A program made the position numbers and the translations under genes. From Craspedostauros australis (Eukaryota): a DNA stretch of 46,154 nt. Positions 22,407 through 34,665 of the stretch are shown piece by piece. Below the pieces are notes generated by a model, which was given only the letters and a program-made list of their open reading frames with translations, searched no databases and had not been told where the DNA came from. The stretch lies in NCBI GenBank assembly GCA_030167865.1, contig JALAGF010003248.1, positions 1 through 46,154 on the forward strand, read 5' to 3'. Within the stretch, counting starts at the first letter, position 1. The number at the start of each line of letters is the position of its first letter.

Positions 22407-23558
22407 CTATTCGAATTCATTCTCTTCTTCGCTGGAGTCGCTGTCGACTTCGTCGATATCATTGTCCGCACCCAGATGCCGAAACAACGATGCCATCGGC
22501 ACCATATCTGGACGGAAGAACCCAAAGTTGGCCGGATCGGGATTGATGGGGTTGACGGTGTCCACGCGACAGCACCAAACCAGCAACCGCTGCGACAGCT
22601 TGATCCGCTCCATAAAGCGCGTGGTTGATGAGCTGTTGGCACCGACCGCTCGCTTCTTCCGTGAGGCCTTGCGCTTGTCTGCATTGGTACCATCATCGGC
22701 ATTGCCAGGCATGACGTTGACGCTGGCATTGCTGATACGCGAAATCACGAGCGAAGCTGTTCGATCGAGCTTCTTGATCGGCCGCAGACGGTACGCCAGC
22801 TGGATGGAGTCGCCGAATGCGTAGTACACGTCCTTCGTTGGCTTGTCATTCGGCTTTTCGTCGCATGCCATGGCCTTGCGCTTGGTTGCTTTGGATGCGG
22901 AGGTTGCGTTGGCACCAGTTGCCTTGCGCTTCCCTTTGCCTCGCCGTTTGGGTGCACCGCGGCCCGCATGGATCGTCGCAAAGTCGTTGGACGGCGGAAA
23001 GCGATTGGGATGACGCCAGCGATAGTACTGCTCCAACTCGTCCGCGAACATGCGAGGCAAGACGGCCTCTTGCAGCAGCGAGAACATCTCGTCTTCGATG
23101 TGCGAATCGTAGCCTTCCTGAAACCACTTCCAATCCACGCGGCGCACGTGGACGATGACCTCGAGTTGGTGATAAGCGCCGACATTGAGATGCAGACATT
23201 TCCTCGTCGTTTTCGCAGCTGCGTCGGAAGATGATGGTGCGTTAATTGCGCTGTGCGATTGTTGCTTGCGATGTTCACCGTCGCCATCGTTGTTGTTGCT
23301 TTGACTGTTTCTTTGACTGTTGCTGTTGGTGGCATCTTTCGCTTGGCTGCCTCTTGAATCGTTGATGTTGATGTTGTCGATGCTGCTGCTGTTGTTGCTT
23401 TTCGTCTTGTTGGCATTGCTGCCATCTCCTGGGGCACCCCCGGCCTGGTCGCCACCATCATGTTGCGACAAGTCGATGATGTCCTTGCGGAGCGTATTGG
23501 TACAGGCCTTGCCTTGCCTGTCCGTTGCTGCTCGCCTGTCTCTTTCATGGGCATCCAT
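22407..23558 (-). CDS. Hypothetical nuclear protein (about 383 aa), possibly SLX4IP-like
   Basis: Long ORF with a low-complexity N-terminus and a globular core LHLNVGAYHQLEVIVHV…WF…EMFSLLQEAVLPRM…YAFGDSIQLAYRL…KLSQRLLVWC. It has NLS-like basic stretches and an acidic tail. Start MDAHE at 23558 is inferred. Confidence 0.7.
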   Translation of the reverse strand: MDAHERDRRAATDRQGKACTNTLRKDIIDLSQHDGGDQAGGAPGDGSNANKTKSNNSSSIDNININDSRGSQAKDATNSNSQRNSQSNNNDGDGEHRKQQSHSAINAPSSSDAAAKTTRKCLHLNVGAYHQLEVIVHVRRVDWKWFQEGYDSHIEDEMFSLLQEAVLPRMFADELEQYYRWRHPNRFPPSNDFATIHAGRGAPKRRGKGKRKATGANATSASKATKRKAMACDEKPNDKPTKDVYYAFGDSIQLAYRLRPIKKLDRTASLVISRISNASVNVMPGNADDGTNADKRKASRKKRAVGANSSSTTRFMERIKLSQRLLVWCCRVDTVNPINPDPANFGFFRPDMVPMASLFRHLGADNDIDEVDSDSSEEENEFE

Positions 23559-24603
23559 TGTCGATTCGTTTCCGTTCGTGTGACCTCTCTTGTATGACCT
23601 ATGCTGCGCTATCACCGCACCAGTGGCGCACAGTTGTATTCTACGAGCTAGAGTATCTGGACATTCGAGTATAGTGGAGTGATGGTGCACATGAACAAAG
23701 AGACGTTGTGTGATTCTGTTGTTCGTCGAGAATTGCGCCACTGGAGCCGTCGACGATGTTGATGTCAATCTTGATGCGAACGCCCATGACAACTGCGGAC
23801 GGCGAACAATTGTGCTGCCAGCAACGGTTCTGACGTCGTCATGATGCCACCCATTCTGTGTTGTTCTTCACGCACCCGAACCGTGGTGTGACGGAGTTTT
23901 GGCGAAGTCCATTGAGAGATGATCGTTTTTTGTTCCTTGACTCTATTGAGTGACGTCATATTAGGGACTAAAGAAGTATATTCTGTGCTCACGTGGCATA
24001 CGACTGATTCCATTTAGGGACCAACCCGGCAGAATCGACGTATGTGAGTGTTTGTTCGCAACAAAGCGGCAGTCAACAAGGCAACAATCCACACGTGATC
24101 GCTACAACCACAACACCAACTGCTCCCATTTGTGAACAATCGACGAACGCAGAACTTGTGTTTGTTGTGCGTTGTGGAGAGGCGAAAGGAAGCCACGACG
24201 GACAGGCGCGCCACGCCGCAATTGAGCTCGCATCGACATCTACAACTCGTCGCATCCACGACAAGTCACGCAGACACAGACACATACCTTGCGCGCCTGT
24301 GCTGCGCTGTTGCCTTGACGTTGTGCAGATTGTTGCAGCGACGCCTTTGTCGAAACGAACACCAAGGCTTCAAGACACTGCCCCCACAGTTCCGCGCTCT
24401 GTTCTCCATACTTCCACACTTCACAACCAAACAACCAGATATTCAACAATCAACAATCAACAATCGACATTCAACAGTCAACAGGCTCTCCAGAGGACAT
24501 TGTCGTATTGGCAGTTAGTGGAACGAACAATACTTTTATAATTGTAAGCAGCTCGCACAATCAACCAACAAACAACAAACAAAAAGCAAGAGAGAGGAGA
24601 ATC

Positions 24604-27461
24604 ATGCTGAAGTTCAAACGCCGCAAGACGATTGACGCAAAAGCTTCCGAAGGTGCAGCATCTGGAGGAGGCAACGGATCTGCTGCTGCTGCTTCGGGTG
24701 GTGGTGTCCGTGATGGCCTCGCAGCACCCACGGCACCCACAGCATCGACAGCGCCAACCATGTCCGCATCCACGGCGTCGACAACCAAGGTCCATCACGC
24801 TGACAACAGCCGAAATACGAACCAGCCCAATTCCGAGACCACAGAAGCCTCCCCTTTCGCCTTTCTAGTGGATGCCGCTGTCTCTCGACAGGCGCAGAAG
24901 CCTCCAACCATGCCTCCTGGTGATCAGGCGACGGCAAGGACAGTGCCGGCACTCGCTCGGCCACCAGCGATGGATCAAACTTCTCCGCGATCCATCCACC
25001 AACACCAACAACAGCCCAATCAGTTAAACCCATTCGTCCAGGCCAATGCCCGGCGCAACAGCCAAGGCAATGGCCAACCGACCAACGAACCTGCATTCCT
25101 GCAGAATCTTTCAGCTGCTCTGCCGGGAGGCGGGCCAATCGTTAATGCGCTTCGCAATGCAACGCACTGCCGTACCGCTGCTCCTGCCACTGATCAGCCT
25201 AACGTATCCTCCACCGCGCCTGCAGTCACAACTCCAAGAATGGTCGCCTGCACGGAAACGCTTCCGATCAATGCCTCACCTGCATCGCAACCAGCGCAAC
25301 ACATGCCACCAGTAGACGTGACAATGCAGGCCATCCATCGCATATTCCTTCAGCAACAGGCAACGCAGGTCACTGCCCCACCTCCCGCTCCGGCCGCTCC
25401 AGCTCCAGCCACACCACATCCTCTCATGCTCAATCCTCAGCAGAACCTTCTTCAAAGCTTCCTCATGCAGGCAGCTCTCAACCAAACCCTCACACCGGTG
25501 GCGCGTTCAACCACCGGAGTTGCTCAGGATTCTAACCAGCCATCCCAGAACGTCAATGTTCAACACCACGAAATGCAGCAGCAAGTATCGCAGAATCCAT
25601 TCATTCTACAGATGATGCAACAGCAACAACAACAACAACGCTACCACCAGCAGCAGCAGCAGCAGCACCAGCAGCAGCAACCAACGAACAATAACAACAG
25701 CAACCCGCTTGGAATGCTCGCTAACAGCCCAATGGCTGCGTTCTCGACGCTCGCGCTGCTCTCGGGACAGCCCATGGCAGCTCCGGATTCCATGGCCGCG
25801 GCAACAGCTATCATCGCCGGCGCAGCTCTGGCATCCGCAAGCGGAGCTCCCAACCCGCAGACGCAACCAACAAACCATCCAGGCGGGCAACCTCCTCCTG
25901 CCACGCCGAACGGACTGGCAACCGCGCGTAAGCCGAGCAACCTTGCTGCGCTGCACTCTGCGACGGCGACGAACCAAAGCACCAACAACACCTCCGGCAG
26001 CGGAGACGCGATGGGTTTATCACAGAAACGATCTTTCTCTTCTCTCGCCAACGGCTCCGAATCAGCCTCGTCCTCGTCCACAAACCGTCCCATCCGATTG
26101 CCTTGCCGAGCACGTGGCATGCCGATGCATCACAACATCAAGGTGGGTACCTTGTCCCAGTGGTCTTTTGTAGTGCCATTGCACATGCGTACGATGTGGT
26201 ATGGTATAGCACTCAATCATATGCTCTTGAACCATCTCGACCTTGTTGTCTCACCAACACTCCTACCATTCCATTTTACACTCTCGTCCTACTCAATTCA
26301 ACTGCATCCAATCTAATCCAATCCAATCCAACTCGATGCATCCGACAGACGGCATTCTTCGAATTGCAACCAACTATCAAGCACGGTGCAAACCTGGTGT
26401 GCTCGCATCCGCTTTGCCATGATAGTGGGATCAAGTTTCGCTACTGTGCCTTCTGCAATGCGCCTGTTGCCAAACGGAATTTCGGGAACAGACACAGGCA
26501 CAGAGATCAGATGCAGAGCATGGCCGCAGCCTCGCTGGCGCCAGCACCGCCTCCGCCCCAACCTTCGCCTGAGAGACCGTCGACGTTGCTTGTCCCGGTC
26601 AAATCCAGCTCTGCCAACAAAACGCACGAGCAGAATTCCATCGGCAAGAGCGACACCTCCACGACCATGTCGTCGTTGCAGTGCCATCCCGTCGACGCGC
26701 CCAGAACGGTCACGTTGCCGGTCTCCAGCAGCGGCGTCAAGGCAAAGAACCGCGCGACGAAGAAGTCCCGCAATGGCGAGAAGAACCGCAGTGCCGGAGT
26801 TCGAGCCAAAACGCCATCCGGCCCGCCCAAGGAGGTCCGCTCCAAAACGCGCCATGCCAAACGGGATGTGAGAGTGGATGGACAGCGACCGGGCAACTCC
26901 CGATCGCGTAAAGACCAGCGCAAGAAACGACCGCCGCTGCCTGGAATTGATCACGCTGCCGTTCAGAACAATCCATTCCTCCGAATCTTGCTCACAGAGG
27001 CTGAGACCTTTGACACCAAGTTTTGGAGGAAGCGGCGCAAGTACACGCCACTGACGTCTGTGGACGCCTTGCACCAACCTGATCCAGCGCTCGCGGCTTC
27101 GGAGCACCAAGGCAGAAGTGGCAACACTGCGAACGTCAATGCCACTACACACAACAACGGCGGCACCACAGCTGAGTGGAAAGTGACAAATCGGGAACGC
27201 AGCCGCAGATGGGCCAAACTTTTGCGCAAACGACCCAAAGAGATGAATTCTGACGAAATGTCCCAATGGCTGGTCGATGTCATGGCCATCAGCGATCTGA
27301 TGAAGCCGGTGGACAACAAGAGGGGCAGGAAGGTGAGCACTTGCCGTGAAGCGCACTTGCTGACGGATAAGGATTCCTCGGATTCGGGCGTGGAAAAGAA
27401 GCACCGCGGCAGCGTTCTGGGCGAGGAGGCACGATCCGCCAAGTCTGCAAAGGTGGCATGA
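24604..27461 (+). CDS. Q/P-rich protein with diatom-type Cys/His domain (CRARG…H…HG…CS…C…KFxYC..C..PVAKRNF..RH), about 883 aa, putative transcriptional regulator
   Basis: Exons 24604-26142 and 26349-27461. The phase-0 intron GTGGGT…CAG joins CRARGMPMHHNIK to TAFFELQPTIKHGANLVCSHPLC…FRYCAFCNAPVAKRNF. Also a polyQ tract and a C-terminal WAKLLRKRP…WLVDVMAISD motif. Confidence 0.85.
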
Positions 27462-27874
27462 TCACAACGCTTCCACTTGATCACCGTCCGGTTGCACCCG
27501 ATCGGCGTGAAGATGGTGTCTCGTGGCTTCTTTCCGATCGAACATTCATGCTGATACACACACTTCACTAGCCCATGTTCTACTTCTGCATGGCTGTGTC
27601 TACACACAATTCCACAGCATTCCATAACTGTGCACAAGCACTCTACTCAATGATATCATACGATACAATACAATACGATTCTTGATGACACGTTTAGCTC
27701 TTCGTGTTTCTTTGCCTTGCTTGAATGTAGCGCCGAGCCAAAATATGTTCCTCCTGTTGAGCAGACAAGAGTCTCGTATTAGACAGTGCAAGCAGCACTA
27801 CTTGCGATCTACCATCGTGGTATTTCCACTCTACCAGTATTCTCGTCTTCACTTGCAGAGCTCCGTCTCTGCAA

Positions 27875-30428
27875 TCATGAAGCCTTCGGCAAGGAGATGA
27901 CGTCGTCGGCGTCTCCATCTTTGCCGCTATTGCTCTGCTGGAATGGAGTTTTAGCATTGAGGCGCGGGGCGGTCGTCGGCGGTTGCTGAAGGTTGCCAAG
28001 GCCACCATTCTTGGCGATCTCCTGCAACAGCATCCTCGTTTCCGCCATGAGCTTCTGCCGATCGTTGCTCAGCATTTCGGACTTGGCGGCCAGGTAGGCC
28101 TCGCGCGCCGCAAGCTGGCGCTCCAGAGTCGCCAGATTGTCCCGCATCTTGTTGAGCAGCTCCCTGCCGTTGTCGTTGTACTTGTACATGCCGAAGAAGA
28201 GATCGAAGCTGTCATTTGCCGTCATCTCAGCGATGTCGCAAAGCGCAGAGTATTCTTTGGACATGACGGGGGTGGGTGGCAGCAACTCGCTGTCCAGTAG
28301 TCGTCCTGTGAGGTGCGTGACGAACTCGGCATCGACGATGGAAGCATCATGCTCCAATGCCTCCATCTCCACCATCTGGCAGTGCGCTTGCTCAAAGAAC
28401 TTGAGGAAGTGATCAGCCCTTCTCAAGTTCGATACTCTCACCCGCTCGTACACCACTGCGCGTCCATCCCAGCTGTCTATATCCGACCCGCTGCTCGTGG
28501 CACCGTTGATGACGGCTTGGTTGGGACTGAGCATGGGGTGGGTCGTCATAATATCGATGTCCTGACGCTCGCCGAAGGCACGCAGCATGCAATCCTTCGG
28601 GTACACGTTCAACGGACATATATCCACGATGAGCTTACCAGCAAGCTGGTCCGTGGGGAGCCTGTTCAACGTCTCCTCGAAGTCCACCATCGGCACCGCC
28701 ATGACAAGAACGTCCAGACCGGAAAGGAAGGATGAGGCGTCGTACATTGGAAAGAAGTCGATGTCCATGTTGCGTGCTTGCGTGGACTGTACATGCACAT
28801 GTACATGTACATGTGCGGTGATATACGAGCAGGGCACAGGAAGTATATGGAGCGGTAGAGATCATGCATCGCACATCAACGTGCAGGAATCGCCGGCGCG
28901 GTGCATGGCATATGCAAATAGTAGTGACGAAAACACCGCCGCGTTGTGGATGGGAGGTACGAGGCAAAAAACGAATGGAAAGAGGATAGAAAGGAAAGGA
29001 AGTGAGGTAAGAAAATGGGCGTAGTCTGATGCAGACCAAGCAATTCACAACATGTGAGACTTGCAACCTCCAAGCAACAACATGTGCGCAAGCATTCGCG
29101 TCGGCGTCTGCGTTGAATTCGCAACTCACCCTATCCTGCTCATCCAATACCCGCACGGCGTGATGCTTGCGCATCTTGTGGCACGTGTACTGCGCAAGAG
29201 GACCAAAGCCAACGAATCCCACATTCAATGCCTTGTCGCCCTCCGCGTCGCTCGGCAGACTGATGAGGCTGAGCTCGTCACTCGTGGCTGCGGCGTTCTT
29301 GACATCATCGGCCGCCTGAGCGACGGGCCCCACGAGCTTGGACTTTTGCGGGTAGGATCCCAGGATGCGCACGAAGTCGGCCTGCTCGCGCAGATGGGAC
29401 AGGGCGTTCTCCGTGTTTTCGTCGAGCTGGCTGCCGAGGAAGTCCAAGTAGAAGCAGTAGCGGAAGCGCGGCAGGGAGGCATCGGAGCGGGATTTGCTGC
29501 CGTTCTGCTGGCTGCGGAACTTGAGGAAGTTGAGAAGGTTGGCCGACGTGGGTCGCGATTCGATCTTCGTGAAGTCGATTTCGCGCAACGAGAAGCATGC
29601 CAGGGCCTTGTACAACGCGCCGGCGGCATTTGGCAAAGTGAACACGATCGACGTCTTTGCTGGGATCTTGTTGGTGATGTGCTGCGCGACGCTCTTGCGC
29701 GCGAGCAGGAGGAAGCGGGTGAAGTTGGAATCGTCATCCTCGATTCCCTGCCGGAGGCAGTTGAGGCCGTAGGTCGTGCCCGCGAGGTCCGATGCGACCG
29801 CGGCCGTATTCTCGGCCGTGCACATGGACGGTAGCTTGTTCTCCGAAATCATCTTGGCGGACCCCGCCGTGTCGTAGGTCGGAATGGGCGTGATGCCCAG
29901 ACTGCGGAGGAAGTTGTCGCACTGCGCCAACGCCTGGGGATGGGAGATGGCGTACTTGATGTCGTCCACGTTGACGCCGTCCTTGGCTAGCAGGCAGTGC
30001 TGCACCCGGAAATCGTGCTCTCCCACGATGGTGAGGTCGTACCTGAGCATGAGATCGTAGTTCTCGTGGATGCTGCCGCCCAGGGAGTTTTCAATGGGCA
30101 GGCAGGCGTAGTCCACCTCCATCGATGCGACCGCCTGGAAGCAGCCCTCGAAGTTGGGACGGCCGACGGCGATCACCCTGGAGCCGAGCAGTTCTCGCGT
30201 GGACTTCTCCGAGTACGCTCCTGGTTCGCCCTGGTAGGCCACCCGCATGAATCGCGCTGTGCTGCCAGCCCTGCTGCTTGCCGTGATAGAGCCGGTGGTC
30301 GCATGGTTGGAATGCACGGAGATCTGAGCATCGTGATGGCTGTTCAACGATGGCACGAACGCGCCGACCGTGGCGGCCATCGATCCAAAAGCGAACAGTT
30401 GTCGCATGGTGCCGCCCATGCCTCTCAT
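27875..30428 (-). CDS. Plastid-targeted fusion: prephenate/arogenate dehydratase + ACT domain + arogenate dehydrogenase (TyrA)-like domain, about 736 aa
   Basis: Exons 30428-29130 and 28786-27875, with phase-0 intron GTGAGT…CAG. PDT motifs: VAYQGEPGAYSE, LPIENSLGG, SHPQALAQC, NFTRF. ACT motifs: GALYKAL…KIESRP. TyrA-like motifs: GFVGFGP, HPML, EHD…FVTHLTGR, DSFDLFFG. The signal peptide ends VGAF. Confidence 0.92.
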
Positions 30429-30954
30429 TTCTTCTGCGCTGTGTCCCACGGTTCTGAAAGCGTAGAATTACTCGTTTCCGTGCGTTTGGCTTCGATGACC
30501 TTCAATGGGTGCGCCGCGAGTGCGAAGATGCAAGTTGCGATTGCTTGAAGGTATTCTAGTATAGTATTATACTCTGTGGTGCTTTGTGTTGCTCTGTGTT
30601 GGGGTATGTGATGTGTCTATCAACTGGTATCAACCGATCGCTTTGCATGTGCGATGGTGTTGACATTGGATCCTGTGATTGATGGGGTTTTGTCATGTTG
30701 AGATTGTTGGCGTGTTTGGAGCTGTCCAGTCGTGCGTGCAAGATTCCGATCCACCCGTTTGTGTGGTGTGTTCGTATTGGAGGACAGATGGACAGGCGTA
30801 TCGCTTGATGTCAGATCAATCCCCTTTCTGGAGTACTCCAGTCTACTCTGCTCGTCCAGACTATGGCGTCCGAGTTGCTTTCGCACCAGTTGCTACTCCT
30901 AACACTATTGAACTATAACATCTATTATAATCCTAATCCTAATGTCTCCTCCTT

Positions 30955-30977
30955 CTCTCTCTCTCTCTCTCTCTCTC
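30955..30977. repeat. (CT)n microsatellite just downstream of the CDP-DAG synthase stop
   Basis: Run of ct dinucleotides. Confidence 0.9.
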
Positions 30978-31015
30978 CCTCATCCTCCGGCACCCACTGC
31001 GAAGCCAAACTCTCA

Positions 31016-33286
31016 CTATCGCGCCGCGACGGCCCGCAACGCCGGAATGATGTACGCGCATACCAGCCAACTGTAGGGTGCCGCCCAGATGAAGCTGTCG
31101 ACACGATCGAGGATGCCACCGTGCTCCGGTATGAGATCTCCGAAATCCTTCAAGCCAGCATCGCGCTTCAGCATGGATGCGGTGAGGTCGCCGATGAGCC
31201 CCAGCAGGGCCAGCAGGACGCCGTGGATCGCACCCGTGGCGACAAAGTAGGGCCATCGCTGCACCCACGCACCCAGAATACCGAGCAGACCGCTGGCAAC
31301 GCAGCCACCGACGACGCCCTCGACGGATTTGTTGGGCGACGTGGCACCGGCCGCCGGGGCAATTTCGCCCAGTTTGGTCTTGCCGTACTTGCGTCCCACG
31401 AAGTATGCCCCGACGTCGGAGAATGCGAGGCAGAGCCACGTCCAGAAGATGAATTTGGACCCAGTGGTGATGGGGAACGGCGCCCACCGTCCGTTAGATA
31501 GAAAGTTCGGCAGCAATGGTGCGAGGTGGGTGGACATTCCGGACAGCACGGGTTCCGCGAAGGATGCCAGACGCGTTGTCGGCTGGGTGACGGCCGAGCC
31601 GATCACTCTGGTTCTCACCCAGAAGGACGGAACGTATCCGAGATAGAACATGCCGGTGAAGGTGGTGGCGATCTCAGCGATGGAGGTAACCTGCCTGCGC
31701 ATCGTCAGGAACCAGATCATGGCCCAAAGGCCGAACATGGGGAGGCAGATTTGGTGCAAGTTGGGTGCGAACAGTGCCTGCCATGTTGCGTTGTGTGTGA
31801 GTGCATCCAACGCGTAGCGGCCGTGCGAGTTGAGCACATGTACATTGATATTTCCGAAATGAAAGAAGGGGGAGGGACGTCGTGAGTTGGAATTGATCGA
31901 GTTGAAGCAAACCGTGATGGCCACACACAATCACACAAGATTGTGGACGGGAACGGAAACGAGATCGCATGAGGAAACAATATGAGATGCCACCACAACT
32001 CAACTGAACGCAACTGAGCACAATGCAACGCGACATACCGTCAAGAACATGGAGCATGCTCCAATCACAGATATTCTCCTCGCTGGATACACCCCGGTGT
32101 TCATGACCATACGGTAGTATTCGAGCTGTCCGAGGGTGGTCATGAGGGTGAAGAGGCCGGTGAAGATGTAATTGCCGGAAAAGACCCAGCACGCCACGAT
32201 AGCTCCCATGATGGCCCCGAACATGACGGAACGTGATTTCTTCTTGGCGGGCTTCTTGCTGTCGCTGATATTCGCTGGGTCCATCGTCGTCGCTGTTGAA
32301 ATCTCTTTTGTTGCAATATCCGTTGTCGTTGTTGCTGCGACTGTGTCAGCGTGCACTTTTACGGGAGGATGGGGTTGTGCATCCGTGACAACCGCATTTG
32401 CTGCTGCGAAAGCGGTGGAAGTCGAATCAGCGGATTTAGAAGGCAACAACCCAGCATCGTCGAGAGAATGCGGAACAGGGTGAGCAATACTCGCATGGTG
32501 CGAGAGATTTGGAATGTCATCATGGTGGTGTTTGACGGTGCCATCCTCGCAGTCATCCTTCGCATGCACGATTTCTTGATCGATCACGATCGTTTGCTTG
32601 CTTCGTTGCGACTTGTTCAATTCATGCTGGTCCGCGGAGGGCATGACCGACAGCAGATGATCACACGAATCCAAAACATCCTGACGCGCATCGCAGCATG
32701 TGAGATCGTCCCTGTACTCATGGTACTCATCCGTTTGCAGGGTGTGCTGCAGACCTCGTATGGCCGTTTGGACCTTGTTGCTCGCAATGCGCCTTCGAGC
32801 GGACGGGTTGGTCTCGGACCACAGACGTTTCGCGTAATCCCGATACAGCTGGACAGCGCGGCGTGGGGCTTGGTATGCAGACTTGACGACATTCCTGTGC
32901 TTTCGTTCGTCTGGTTGGGAGGCATGCGGAATTTGGGCATCTTGATGATGATCCTCGTTTATGTCGCCATTCTCATTGCCGTCGCTGCTGTTTGAAGCAC
33001 TGTCTCTTTCTGCAACAGGAACTCCATTGTTGGGTATGTTCGCAACGTGCAGCTTGGTCAAGTAGGCATTCGTTCTGGGGGCTGTTGATATTGTTGCGGA
33101 TTGTGATCGGAATGCAAATGCTTCGACGTTGTGACTCTCCAACATGCCGGAATAAATCGAGAGCAGGCAGAGGAAAGCTAAGCGCAGTGTTGACAGCGCC
33201 CGCTGCTGCCTGCGGGGTCTGTGACACAACAGCCGCTGTTCATGATGTTCATACTGCTCGTTCTTGAGGTGCCTTATTTGAATCAT
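31016..33286 (-). CDS. CDS: Phosphatidate cytidylyltransferase (CDP-diacylglycerol synthase), plastid-type, about 669 aa
   Basis: Exons 33286-32039 and 31777-31016, with phase-0 intron GTATGT…CAG. Motifs SDVGAYFVGRKYGKTKL, SPNKSVEG, GDLTASMLKRDAGLKDFGDLIPEHGGILDRVDS. The signal peptide ends VEAF. Confidence 0.93.
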
Positions 33287-34665
33287 TCTGCCAATGGCCC
33301 TTTCTTGATGTATGTGTGTATGTATGGTATGGTACGAGTGCTTGCGGATGGGAGCACCCTTTCAATTCTTGCTTCTCTGCCTTTGTTTGTCACTGATCGT
33401 TACTCGTACTCGTACCGATGATGACGATGACGATCACAATGTTGCGATGTTGTTGCCGTTGTTAACAATGATGGTGGCCGGAACGACTGCGCTGCAGATG
33501 CGACGAGAGGAGAGCAGAAGAGTGTTGCGGAGTATTGTGGACATGTATTGCTCTCTTTTCGGTGACGATGTGATGCTCTGTTTGGCAGTTGGTGACTTGT
33601 CTTGTCTTCTCTCATTTTTGCTTGATTTCGTTGGTTGACGGCGGAGGCGATGGTGACGTTGAAGTTGTCGCCTGTTCCTGATTTCCTCGTTTTGCTGAAG
33701 CCTCTTGTGACGCAGAACAGAGCGAGGCACTGACTCATCTCTCCCTAGCGTCAAAATTTCATTTTCCATTGATCATGCCACAGGGATAACGGGATTCATG
33801 CGTACTTTGAATGAAACACGAATAAAGCGAGTACCGATTTCGTCCCTCAGTACCTCTCACGAACGAGTCTTGTCGGGCGCTTTTGATTTCGTGCAAGCGA
33901 ACAATTGGGAGATTGTGAAGCTGTGGCGGACTATGGTATGACGAACGACTTCGTGAACGGAAGGTATGTGGGCAGTTGCGGAATTGTTTGTGTCTTTTGT
34001 GGCCATATCTCGTGTGATGAATGTCGCAGACTGCATTTACTTAATAGATTGATGCACGCCAGCCACATGTACACGCTTTTCAACGGCTACTTTTTGGCTG
34101 TCACTCCAACCACCAAGCTTCGACGTCGCCAATGCACAACCGACAAACAACAACGAGCAAGGACACCACCAAACAAATGAGGATCCATCTTTGAATGTTC
34201 TTCTCCCAACACCAACGTCGCGCTCTCCAGCCAGCCACACACTCCACCTCAACAACAACGCCAGCATCCACACATCAACCGTTGGATACATTGGCAGCGA
34301 TTGCAAAATTGGAGCACTCACGGCAGAATAAAGTGGAACTTAGTAGAGCGTAAGAGTGAAATCCTTCGTTCCTTCCTTCTTCCCTTCCACCACTTCGGCT
34401 TCCGTCTCCTCCGGTTCCATCGTCCCCCAACCACAACACGAGATACCCCAACGCAACTGCAGCCTTCATTTTTCTCGTCGCAGTTTCTCGAAACTTCGCT
34501 CGCACGAGATCAACCACTTCGGCGCAACACCTGTGCCATCGTCGCGTAGAAGACAAGACAACTTCGCACGCACAGGCATACGTATAGCACACGTACCATA
34601 CCAGAGGACAACCAGGCAACCAAAGAACTACACAGCCACGCACCCACACAATCAACGTAGCAACC

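Noticed and set aside
33434..33769. 111-aa ORF upstream of CDP-DAG synthase
   Set aside because: Low complexity with no family signal; probably 5'UTR or promoter.
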